A stretch of 64,000 bases of DNA from an uncultured archaeon (GTDB lineage Archaea > Asgardarchaeota > Thorarchaeia > Thorarchaeales > Thorarchaeaceae): assembly GCA_964458565.1 (NCBI GenBank), contig CAYWJO010000007.1, positions 37,154 through 101,153 of the forward strand. Direction: 5' to 3'. Position numbers and translations under genes: made by a program. A model generated the notes under the pieces. The model did not search any database. It was not told where the DNA came from and was given only the letters and a program-made list of their open reading frames with translations. Below are positions 34,123 to 42,888 of this stretch, in pieces. Position 1 is the stretch's first letter. Each line of letters begins with the position of its first letter.

Positions 34123-34368
34123 TTGAATTGGCCAATTTATAATAAATGTGACTCTCAATCAGGAACTTGTTATCGACGTTTCTTTATACTCTATATCATA
34201 CTGCTCATCATATCGACTATTGAATTTCTTGGTAATACCTCATTCTTTTACGATTTTCAACTTGTGCTTTACATTCTACTTGGTGTTGGAATCATGAGCA
34301 CCATGATTGCAATCTATCTCATCGTGAAGAACCCTCCAAATTCATCATCTTTTGATTCTCACATCTAG
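34123..34368 (+). CDS. possible small two-TM membrane protein
   Basis: 81-aa ORF with a non-ATG start and two hydrophobic stretches. No other support. Confidence 0.25.
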   Translation: MNWPIYNKCDSQSGTCYRRFFILYIILLIISTIEFLGNTSFFYDFQLVLYILLGVGIMSTMIAIYLIVKNPPNSSSFDSHI

Positions 34369-34371
34369 AAA

Positions 34372-34974
34372 TTAGACTGGAAAGAACCGTCGTGTTCGCT
34401 TCATATATTCCAGATACTTCTCTCCAAATGCGTCAGTAAGCATCTGTTCTTCCTGTTTTGCTACGAATGGAAACGCAACAAGTATGATGAATGCGAATAT
34501 AATAATCAGAGTGTTTGCAGTGACCAGAGCCATCCCTAGAGAGAACAAACCAAGCACTGTGTACATTGGATGCCTTACTCTTGTATAGGGTCCTTCAGTG
34601 ATTAACCTATGTTTGGATTTTATCTCTAGCTGAGCTGAGTATTGACGGTCGAGCGTTCTATGTATCCATGCGAGCAGTGGAATCACAATAAGTACGAGAA
34701 CAACTCCACTCCATCTCAGAACGACCGGATACAGATCATACTGAAATAGGTCCATCAGAGGAAAGCCAATGAGATAAGGAATGTAAGATCCAAAAGAGCC
34801 CAATATTCCAATGATGATTAATGCTCCACCAAGTCCTAGGTTTCTTCTTACTTCACTCTCTTCCGTATCGGGTTCTTCTCGTCTTGGTTTCACGAATCGA
34901 TAATATCCACGAACAGTGAAGAACAACGCATAGAGACCTATGAAGAGTGCTCTGTAGAATATATCATCTGCCAT
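34372..34974 (-). CDS. isoprenylcysteine carboxyl methyltransferase (ICMT)/phospholipid methyltransferase family membrane protein
   Basis: VRHPMYTVLGL and C-terminal EEQMLTDAFGEKYLEYMKRTRRFFP match the family signature, with 4-5 TM helices. Confidence 0.8.
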   Translation of the reverse strand: MADDIFYRALFIGLYALFFTVRGYYRFVKPRREEPDTEESEVRRNLGLGGALIIIGILGSFGSYIPYLIGFPLMDLFQYDLYPVVLRWSGVVLVLIVIPLLAWIHRTLDRQYSAQLEIKSKHRLITEGPYTRVRHPMYTVLGLFSLGMALVTANTLIIIFAFIILVAFPFVAKQEEQMLTDAFGEKYLEYMKRTRRFFPV

Positions 34975-35103
34975 CTTGTCACATCCATGCGGAGTATCTA
35001 ATACATACTCAATAGTCAGTATACATACTTAACAGTCATTTTTATAAGCCTTTCCAGCTAAGCAGATATGTCAAATGAACCAGAATTGGATGTCTAAACA
35101 TCA

Positions 35104-35712
35104 ATGCCAAGAGTAGTACCTGAATACAAAGAACAAGCAAGAAGAAGAATTATCGAAGCCGCTGGAGCAGTCTTCATAGAGCGAGGGTATTATCAATCTA
35201 CAATGGATGACATTGCATCAGCGATGGAGGTGAGTAAAGGGGCAATATATCAGTACTTTAGGAGCAAAGAACAGCTCTTCTACTCAGTGATAGACCTCAT
35301 GATCACATCCAAAAAAGATGAGGTGATGACGATACTCACATCTGAAAATCCAATGTTCATTTCAACAAGTGATTTCTTTGATATGAAAATACGAAGAGCC
35401 ATTGAAACACGAGCTTTCGGACTTGATTTACTTCTTGAAGCGACTAAGGATGAACATCTTCAGACTCGAATCAAGGAGTTGTATGATGCAGCCTATCGCG
35501 ATCTCATTGAACAAGTTGAGAAGCTCAAAGAGCGCGGTGTTGTGAGAGAGGATGCAGACATAGCTCTAATTTGGAGGGGATTAGTTGCTCTACGTGATGG
35601 ATTGATAATGTCATCTCTGCTTGGAGCTGAAATAGATGAAGCAAAGAGAACCTGGGAGCATTTATCGAAGATAATACTCAATCAAGTCATATCTGAACAG
35701 TCAGCTAAATAG
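35104..35712 (+). CDS. TetR-family transcriptional regulator
   Basis: N-terminal HTH: YYQSTMDDIASAMEVSKGAIYQYFRSKEQLF. Confidence 0.85.
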   Translation: MPRVVPEYKEQARRRIIEAAGAVFIERGYYQSTMDDIASAMEVSKGAIYQYFRSKEQLFYSVIDLMITSKKDEVMTILTSENPMFISTSDFFDMKIRRAIETRAFGLDLLLEATKDEHLQTRIKELYDAAYRDLIEQVEKLKERGVVREDADIALIWRGLVALRDGLIMSSLLGAEIDEAKRTWEHLSKIILNQVISEQSAK

Positions 35713-35761
35713 CCATTCCACTATAGTTAAGATAATTCGCATCTCATTCTATCTGATTAAA

Positions 35762-36223
35762 ATGACTTCGATAATTGATGCTGAGATAAGACATTCCACG
35801 TTTGTTAGACAGTCCCCTGAAGTGGTCTATGATGCTATTTCTACCACAGTCGGTCTCAACGGGTGGTTTTGCACAGGTGGAGAGGTAGATGCCCGTCCCG
35901 GTGGACATATCAAGTTCCGATGGGAAGACTGGCGACCTGACATGGGCATAATAGAGGATGGAGGTCCAGTTATTGAGGCAGATCGTGGGAAACGGTTCGT
36001 CTTCCAATGGCATCCTGATGATGAATCATATGCAACGCTCGTAAAGCTGACATTTGAGCCACATGAAGATGGGACTATCATGAGGGTGGTAGAATCTGGT
36101 TTCCAAGACACACCTCAGGGTCTAAGAGCAATGATTGGGTGTGCTACGGGATGGGGTGAAGCACTCACTCTTCTCAAGTTCTATGTAGAACACAACATCG
36201 TATATTGGCCTGATAAGAAATAA
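35762..36223 (+). CDS. SRPBCC/AHSA1-domain protein
   Basis: Pattern VYDAIST..GLNGWF.......DARPGGHIKFRW.........G.VIEADRGKRFVFQW is typical of the Aha1-like SRPBCC family. Confidence 0.75.
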   Translation: MTSIIDAEIRHSTFVRQSPEVVYDAISTTVGLNGWFCTGGEVDARPGGHIKFRWEDWRPDMGIIEDGGPVIEADRGKRFVFQWHPDDESYATLVKLTFEPHEDGTIMRVVESGFQDTPQGLRAMIGCATGWGEALTLLKFYVEHNIVYWPDKK

Positions 36224-36667
36224 CTAGGGTTCCTCTTTAAGGGTGAAAAAACATCCACATGTCACAGTCTGTCCCACTCCTGGTATCTGACGCAGTTTGT
36301 CAACTACTAACTCTCCGATTTCCTTGAGCGACTCACCTCTTGCTTTGACAATGATGTCCCAGCTACCTGCCACTACATGGACCTCTACTATCTTTTCAAT
36401 GTCAGCAATCGTCTTTGCCACATCATGTTGAGATGTTTTGTGAGTTGGAAGAAAGGTGACCAAGATAATCGCGGTCACCGGCAGGCCAATCTTCTCATAG
36501 TCCGGCACTACTACGGTTTTCCTAATCACACCTGTTTCTCTCAACTTTTCTATTCGATGCTGTACAGTAGATCTTGGCAAGTCTAATTCTCGTGCAATCT
36601 TGGTCACAGGCTTAGATGCATCCCTTCTAAGCACAGTGAGGATTTTTCTATCATTGGAATCCAACAT
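36224..36667 (-). CDS. Lrp/AsnC-family transcriptional regulator
   Basis: LDSNDRKILTVLRRDASKPVTKIARELDLPRSTVQHRIEKL plus a C-terminal RAM-like domain. Confidence 0.9.
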   Translation of the reverse strand: MLDSNDRKILTVLRRDASKPVTKIARELDLPRSTVQHRIEKLRETGVIRKTVVVPDYEKIGLPVTAIILVTFLPTHKTSQHDVAKTIADIEKIVEVHVVAGSWDIIVKARGESLKEIGELVVDKLRQIPGVGQTVTCGCFFTLKEEP

Positions 36668-36777
36668 ATTGGCAAGTTGATAATAATAGCAATATAATAT
36701 TGTCTATTTACGTCATTATGCCAATAATATTGACAAAATGCTTATACCCACTTTACATATTGGCAATATGATGAGAA

Positions 36778-37779
36778 ATGACCTTAATATCCACACAGAT
36801 GCCAGACGAAACATCCATTGAAGATGGGGTGCGTTACAGATATCGCTCCATTCGAACAGAACGAGCAAGAAGAATACTTGAAGTTCAACACAACTTATCA
36901 CGAGCAATTCGAGCGTGTCTTGACTCGGAAGGATTTGTTGAATTACTCCCTCCTGTGATTGGTCCGGTGACGGATCCGGGAGTCAGAGGAGCAGGTACTG
37001 CAAGAATGGACTACTATGGCGAACCATACGTAGTCATGACAAGTATGATTCTGTACAAACAAATGGCAGTGGCAACATTTCCGAAAATCTATTCGTTCTC
37101 TCCAAATGTTCGACTTGAAATTCCTGAAGGTCTCACAACCAGTAGGCATTTAGCAGAATTCTATCAGGTTGATCTTGAGGTCGCCTATGGCACATGTGAC
37201 TCCTTGATGGCTCTGGGTGATAAGCTGATATACGAGGTCATTGATTCTATTCATCAACATTGCAGCGAACACTTAGAGTTTCTTGGACGTGATTTATCAA
37301 AACCACCCAAGCATCTTCCTAGGGTGACTCATCACGAAGCTATTGAGATGCTTCGTGCTGAAGGGTACGATATTCCACATGATGAAGAACTTTCATGGAC
37401 TGCAGAGAAAAAACTCTCCGAACTGTTTGAAACACCCTTCTGGATAACCCACTATCCCCGTGGGTCTCGAGGTTTCTATTATGCTGAAGACCCTGAAGAT
37501 CCTTCTGTTCTACGCTCGATGGACCTTATTCTACCAGAAGGATTTGGAGAAGCGTCAAGTGGTGGCGAGCGTGAATACACAAAAGAAGGAGTCGTTCGAT
37601 CCATGATTGCATCCGGTGAGGATCCATCACGATATGGATGGTATATGAAAATGATAGAAGAAGGTATCTCTCCCTCTGCGGGATTTGGTGTCGGAGTTGA
37701 AAGGTTAACTCGATATGTATGTGGAATTGACCATATTTGGGAATGCTCAGCATTTCCAAAGGTTCCAGGTGTAGTATAA
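36778..37779 (+). CDS. stand-alone class II aminoacyl-tRNA-synthetase-like catalytic core (archaeal AsnRS-related asparagine synthetase type)
   Basis: FVELLPPVIGP (motif-2 region), EFYQVDLE, and motif-3-like SAGFGVGVERLTRYV. There is no N-terminal anticodon-binding OB domain, in 333 aa. Confidence 0.65.
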   Translation: MTLISTQMPDETSIEDGVRYRYRSIRTERARRILEVQHNLSRAIRACLDSEGFVELLPPVIGPVTDPGVRGAGTARMDYYGEPYVVMTSMILYKQMAVATFPKIYSFSPNVRLEIPEGLTTSRHLAEFYQVDLEVAYGTCDSLMALGDKLIYEVIDSIHQHCSEHLEFLGRDLSKPPKHLPRVTHHEAIEMLRAEGYDIPHDEELSWTAEKKLSELFETPFWITHYPRGSRGFYYAEDPEDPSVLRSMDLILPEGFGEASSGGEREYTKEGVVRSMIASGEDPSRYGWYMKMIEEGISPSAGFGVGVERLTRYVCGIDHIWECSAFPKVPGVV

Positions 37780-37893
37780 TTCACTATTCCTTTCTTCGAA
37801 GGTATTATCAACCATACTTTCTACGGCTCTAACACAATATACAATAATGCATCAAATTTTGTTTCCACAATCAGATAATAGGTCAGTGTCAAT

Positions 37894-38127
37894 GTGAATA
37901 CACGAAATGTTACAGGTGTGTTAGGTGCAATTCTACTATTCATTTTCTGGGTGATAGTAGATATGATAATCTTTCCAACTCTTTTGACAACAATAACCTA
38001 TCCTGTATATGAACTGATAGTCTATGGATCATGGTTTGTCATCATTCTCATTATTGTTGGCATTCTTTCTTGGTCTGAAGCTATTCCAAATCCCTATAAG
38101 AAATCAGAAGATGTGGTGGGCGTCTAG
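37894..38127 (+). CDS. possible small two-TM membrane protein
   Basis: 77-aa ORF with a GTG start and two clear hydrophobic helices. Confidence 0.3.
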   Translation: MNTRNVTGVLGAILLFIFWVIVDMIIFPTLLTTITYPVYELIVYGSWFVIILIIVGILSWSEAIPNPYKKSEDVVGV

Positions 38128-38243
38128 ATTTGAAATACATGAGAAGTCTTCATTAGGATCACATCATTTTACAATAATTACTGAAACATGATTCAGATTA
38201 TGTATTAGGTAGTACATTAATAGAAAAAAAGGATTGGAGCATA

Positions 38244-39110
38244 TTGCAAGGAAAAATCTGTATTGTCACTGGGAGTAATTCCGGGATTGGTAAGGAAACA
38301 GCTATTGCATTGGCTGAAAAAGGTGCAACAGTGATAATGCTTGTGAGAAATAAAGAGAAAGGGGAAGCTGCAAGAAACGAAATCGTGGAGAATACCGGCA
38401 ATGATTCAATCGAGCTAATGCTCTGTGATCTTGCACTTACAAGTGAGATAAAGCGATTTGCTCAAGAATTCGGGAATAAATATAGTCGATTGGACGTTCT
38501 TGTCAATAATGCCGGGGCTGTATTTTCAAAACGCGAAGTAACTGAGGAGGGACTCGAAAGAACACTCGCTGTGAATTATATCGCACCTTTCATTCTAACA
38601 CATGAACTCCTTCCAATTCTTAAAACAAGTTCACCCTCACGAATAATTAACATCAGCTCTGGACTTCATAAATCCGCAAAGATAAATTTAGACGATATTC
38701 AAAATGAGCATGGATACAAATCAAGAAAGGTATACGGCCAGGCTAAACTCTATGTTATTATGTACACATATGAACTAGCACGACGATTGGAAGGAACCGG
38801 AGTAACTGCTAATGTTCTCCATCCTGGATTTGTGGCTACTAACCTTGGTCAGAATTCAGGAAGCACATCATCTAAAATAATGTTCAAAATGATGAAACCA
38901 TTTCAGATAAGACCCGAAGAAGGTGCAGAAACTTCCATCTATTTGGCGACATCAGAGGATCTAATTGGTGTCAATGGTGCTTATTTTCATAAAAAAGAGC
39001 AGATCACCTCGTCTGAGATATCGTACAATCAAACACTGCAACATACCCTCTGGGACAAAACACTGGAATTACTGAAATCTTCCGGAATCCAATTATCGGA
39101 TAATGCCTAA
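38244..39110 (+). CDS. short-chain dehydrogenase/reductase (SDR)
   Basis: VTGSNSGIGKETA (TGxxxGIG), NNAG, and YGQAK (YxxxK). Confidence 0.9.
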   Translation: MQGKICIVTGSNSGIGKETAIALAEKGATVIMLVRNKEKGEAARNEIVENTGNDSIELMLCDLALTSEIKRFAQEFGNKYSRLDVLVNNAGAVFSKREVTEEGLERTLAVNYIAPFILTHELLPILKTSSPSRIINISSGLHKSAKINLDDIQNEHGYKSRKVYGQAKLYVIMYTYELARRLEGTGVTANVLHPGFVATNLGQNSGSTSSKIMFKMMKPFQIRPEEGAETSIYLATSEDLIGVNGAYFHKKEQITSSEISYNQTLQHTLWDKTLELLKSSGIQLSDNA

Positions 39111-39848
39111 ATCAGATTCAGGTTGTATCTGTCCACCATTGGGTTCCACTATTTGTTTCAGAACTGCTTTTGTTATCATGAGCGTCGCTATTGCTGAAAG
39201 GATTACCTTGACTGGAGTTATGATACTCGCACCTACCCATATGTATTGTAACTGTTCTACTGTCAATCCATAGAATAACCAATATGCCTGACCTGGTACG
39301 AGAACAAATATCCGAAAGAGAATGTCCGCTTCTAATCCAATGACTGCCGCAAATACAATCGTCAGTGAATCAAGTCTTGGTGCTAGCAAATCCCTTTTGT
39401 TCATCTCTACCAATAGCGAAAATATAATGACGAGTCCAAATCCAACTAATGTGTCCCAAATTCCCCAAATTGGCAGCATCCAAGATATTGGAAATAGGAA
39501 ATATGCTGCAAGCAATACCATATATATTCCACAAACAGGTTGCCATTTTCTTTGAGAAACGAAACCCGCGACTGCAGCTCCGAGGGGTGCTCCCCACATG
39601 AAGACTAACTCAAATGGGTCTCTGAAATATATCAAATGTCCGAGTACACTTCCCATACCCACTGATACCGCACCATAAAAGGGTCCGAGCAATATCCCAA
39701 TAAGTGGACTTAGAAGAAAGAGCCACGAGTCCCAAATTCCACTATAGAAGCCTGGGATTATCGGAATCACATCGAGAACTGCTCCTAGTGCAGTAAACAT
39801 GGCTAGATATGCAATATTCTGGCTGATGTTATTCCCTTGTAACACCAT
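39093..39848 (-). CDS. polytopic membrane protein (ECF S-component-like?)
   Basis: 251 aa with 6-7 TM helices. The family assignment is only an impression. Confidence 0.45.
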   Translation of the reverse strand: MVLQGNNISQNIAYLAMFTALGAVLDVIPIIPGFYSGIWDSWLFLLSPLIGILLGPFYGAVSVGMGSVLGHLIYFRDPFELVFMWGAPLGAAVAGFVSQRKWQPVCGIYMVLLAAYFLFPISWMLPIWGIWDTLVGFGLVIIFSLLVEMNKRDLLAPRLDSLTIVFAAVIGLEADILFRIFVLVPGQAYWLFYGLTVEQLQYIWVGASIITPVKVILSAIATLMITKAVLKQIVEPNGGQIQPESDLGIIR

Positions 39849-39961
39849 CTAGTAGACACCGCGTTCTGGTTCTACTTTAGTCTGTTTACAAATCCTCGTT
39901 ATAACCTCAGCTGATGAATACTAGGGGATCAACTGAAGAACCAATTATTCCACGATTCTAC

Positions 39962-41182
39962 CTAACTTCTCTTTTTAATCGCAATTACTGTGATCACTAA
40001 AAGGCCCGTAACACCAGCAATGGTCACAATGACAATGATAGTTGGAAACTCACTTGAAGGGATGGTATTACTTGTGCTTGATCCAGTTGATGAAACCATA
40101 GTGGAAGAACCACTTGTGTTAGTGGATTCAGTCTTTGTAGTAGTTGTAGGTATATTAGTGACCTCGATAATGGCCATATCATAATATGTAATCTCATTGC
40201 CAAATATATCTACTAACCAGAAATCTACTGTGTAGTTGTTCTTTGTACTGATATCTATTTCAGCAGAATAGGTTCCATTTTCATACTCATCATACATCGG
40301 TTCTGCATCGATTGAAGAATTCGATGTACGTGCTCCAATTTCATATGAATAGGGATAAAATCTCACATAGACGTATTCTATCCCGGTCTCATCATATACG
40401 TCTGCTTGTACTTCTATTGTGCCATATGGTTCAACCACAATGGGACTAATAGTGATATTTGAGATTGTAGGTGGATTTTCTTCATAGACACCAAGCGCAG
40501 TTGCTATCGCGATACACATCTCTTCTCTATAATATCTACTTCTTACACCTGTAACTATATTGCCATCGATAACAGGTGGTACAACTCCCATATATGTGGC
40601 ACCTGCTGCTTCATATTCATCGATAAATCCTCCATCACCTGTGACATTCTTTCCATCTATCACATCCGCTGCGGCTAAGACACGAACCGCTTTACACCAT
40701 GCACTTACAACCAATTCAGCTGATACCGCATCCGCAATTAAATCCAGAACATCCTGATCTGTACGTAGTATCTCATGTGATTCCCCTGGCATAATGGAAA
40801 TGGCATCATATTCAGTAATGTTTTGAATATCCCACACCAGAACATCTGGAATCACTATTTCCTCATCATTTTGATAATCACATGGTGTTAATTCTTCAGC
40901 TGTTCCTGCTATTGTAACATTCCAACCGTAACTCTCTAAGATCGGTCGAATGTAATGATAATTAGCACCATAATCATGGTCCATCAAGAAAAGAATCTCG
41001 ATTTGCTCTTCAACAGTTTCTGGCAATAATGTCCCATTAGCATGGGTGTATATAGAAAATGATGAAACAGTCATTATACAGAGAACCACCAATGTGAGCG
41101 CTCTACCATTATTATATCGCACAGTAAATGCACCTGTGCAATCTACAATTCTCCTTAACAAAAGGTTCTGAGATTTAAGCAA
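39962..41182 (-). CDS. secreted DJ-1/PfpI-like domain protein with a beta-rich domain, Ser/Thr-rich stalk and C-terminal TM anchor
   Basis: N-terminal signal/TM. DJ-1/PfpI-like segment YDAISIMPG....L.......DLI.......LVVSAWCKAV..LA.A.VI.GKNVTG. TTTTKTESTNTSGSSTMVSSTGSSTSNT linker. The TM helix ends with KKRS. Confidence 0.6.
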   Translation of the reverse strand: MLKSQNLLLRRIVDCTGAFTVRYNNGRALTLVVLCIMTVSSFSIYTHANGTLLPETVEEQIEILFLMDHDYGANYHYIRPILESYGWNVTIAGTAEELTPCDYQNDEEIVIPDVLVWDIQNITEYDAISIMPGESHEILRTDQDVLDLIADAVSAELVVSAWCKAVRVLAAADVIDGKNVTGDGGFIDEYEAAGATYMGVVPPVIDGNIVTGVRSRYYREEMCIAIATALGVYEENPPTISNITISPIVVEPYGTIEVQADVYDETGIEYVYVRFYPYSYEIGARTSNSSIDAEPMYDEYENGTYSAEIDISTKNNYTVDFWLVDIFGNEITYYDMAIIEVTNIPTTTTKTESTNTSGSSTMVSSTGSSTSNTIPSSEFPTIIVIVTIAGVTGLLVITVIAIKKRS

Positions 41183-41289
41183 TTGTTTGCGCTGAACCTT
41201 CAGTGTGAATCTTTTCAGCGTGTTTTATTTCATCATCATCCAAACCGAAACGTAAAACTATCTTTCGTGTTAACATCGATTGTTGATTA

Positions 41290-41835
41290 GTGATGTCATT
41301 GTCTCTCAAAGATGAAGCGCATCAAGTTGTAGAGGATCTAGATGTAATGGCTTTACTCCGTGCTTACGGTCATGCTGAGATTGTTGGAAGTGTTGCCCTA
41401 GATCTGATTGTAAAGAGAGATATTGATATCCATGTACATCTTCTACTACAGGACCCTTACGCCATGGCTGGTGAAGTCCTTCCTGTCTTGCTTGACAAAA
41501 AATGGGTCCGGAACATTCGCGTTGATAAATATTCAAGCAAGAGTGCGGTAAAATTAGCCATTGATGCATATCCCGGTCCTACAGGTCCTTGGAATATAGA
41601 CATCTGGATTACTTCCGATGTTTCTACTACAGGATTCGAAGTCACCAATATTTTACTCGAAAGTTTAACGGCTGAACAAAGAAGTGCGATTCTGGAAATC
41701 AAAGAATATTATCACAATCTGGGTGTTCTTAGAAACGGACTGAGTCTAAGAATATATGATGCTGTATACAAGAATGGTGTACGGTCTATTGAAGAATTCA
41801 AAGCCTATTTGCCTACTCTTAGCCGAGCAACATGA
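41290..41835 (+). CDS. Pol-beta-superfamily nucleotidyltransferase-like protein
   Basis: EIVGSVALDLIVKRDIDIHVHL resembles the G-S...D-x-D nucleotidyltransferase signature. 181 aa. Confidence 0.45.
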   Translation: MMSLSLKDEAHQVVEDLDVMALLRAYGHAEIVGSVALDLIVKRDIDIHVHLLLQDPYAMAGEVLPVLLDKKWVRNIRVDKYSSKSAVKLAIDAYPGPTGPWNIDIWITSDVSTTGFEVTNILLESLTAEQRSAILEIKEYYHNLGVLRNGLSLRIYDAVYKNGVRSIEEFKAYLPTLSRAT

Positions 41836-41841
41836 ATTATG

Positions 41842-42552
41842 TTAATACTTGTCCGGAATAAATAGGATGAAACATGTCATCGGTTCAGATTTGACTCGAA
41901 TCTTCCATCCATGAGCACTCACTATTCCTTGAATAATCGCTAGTCCATAACCCTTTCCAAATCTCCTTTTAGTAAGTTCCTGTCCAAAAGTTTCTAAATG
42001 GAACTCTCTTGATAATGGTTCACCATCATTACAGACATGTATCTCTCTTCCATTCTCTACGATCTCAGCTTTTATTTCAATTCGAGTTGGAGCTCCATGT
42101 TTAATGGCATTATCTAGGAGTAGAGTAAATATCTGTTGAATTCTTTGTCCATCACCTATGACTTCAGGTAGAACATCTTGTTCATAGTCAATATTGACTG
42201 GAATGATTAATTTTGCCAGTGTTGTTAACATATGATTTAGATCTATCTTACTAGGGTTCTCAATAACCAAACCCGCATCTATAAGCGCAACTGATTTATC
42301 AAGAATGTCCGATTGACCTTCTGAAAGTTGAATTATTTTATCTATATATGCGGGATTCAATTCATCTCTAAGCAGTTCTGCATATCCCATGATATTATGT
42401 AGGAACCCCTTCAAATCATGCGCCAGACCATGAACAAACTCACTCAGCAACTTATTCTGTTCTACAAGAACATGACTTTTCTTCTTACCATCTGTCATGT
42501 TATCAGATTGCTCATGCATGTGCATTTTCTCCTTTGACATACAAGAGTACAA
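41842..42552 (-). CDS. sensor-less histidine kinase (HisKA + HATPase_c only)
   Basis: H-box FVHGLAHDLKGFLHNI, N-box LLDNAIKHG, G-box GKGYGLAII. There is no TM segment, PAS domain or receiver, and no response regulator nearby. Confidence 0.8.
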   Translation of the reverse strand: MYSCMSKEKMHMHEQSDNMTDGKKKSHVLVEQNKLLSEFVHGLAHDLKGFLHNIMGYAELLRDELNPAYIDKIIQLSEGQSDILDKSVALIDAGLVIENPSKIDLNHMLTTLAKLIIPVNIDYEQDVLPEVIGDGQRIQQIFTLLLDNAIKHGAPTRIEIKAEIVENGREIHVCNDGEPLSREFHLETFGQELTKRRFGKGYGLAIIQGIVSAHGWKIRVKSEPMTCFILFIPDKY

Positions 42553-42644
42553 GCAATATAGCTCCTATAACTACTTGCTTCATATACTCTCTATTTGGAA
42601 CTCATTCTCTATGAGCATATTAGCACCGATTCAAACACACCATC

Positions 42645-42854
42645 ATGACCGACGAGATTGACAAGTACACACTAGTAGGTGGACAGGTTTACAAGCTTGC
42701 TGAATCATTTGTCGATCCAAGAGATGCAGTTGCATTGGCGAAAGAGCTATCTAATGAACATCATGTATACATCACTAAAGCTCAACAAAACCTATGGGCA
42801 ATCTATTGGCGACCACGTGATGTCGAAATCCAATGCTCTCTCAAGATCACTTGA
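42645..42854 (+). CDS. hypothetical small protein
   Basis: 69-aa ATG-started ORF in an otherwise empty spacer. No motif recognised. Confidence 0.3.
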   Translation: MTDEIDKYTLVGGQVYKLAESFVDPRDAVALAKELSNEHHVYITKAQQNLWAIYWRPRDVEIQCSLKIT

Positions 42855-42888
42855 GTGAATCCAATATTGCCTATCACATTTGTTTCTA

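Noticed and set aside
41190-41245. C/D-box-like elements on the minus strand (GATGATGA ... CTGA ... CTGA)
   Set aside because: Only one C-like box is present, followed by two CTGA at 11-nt spacing, with no C' box. The total length of about 40 nt is too short, and it lies in the 5' leader or promoter of the DJ-1-like gene.
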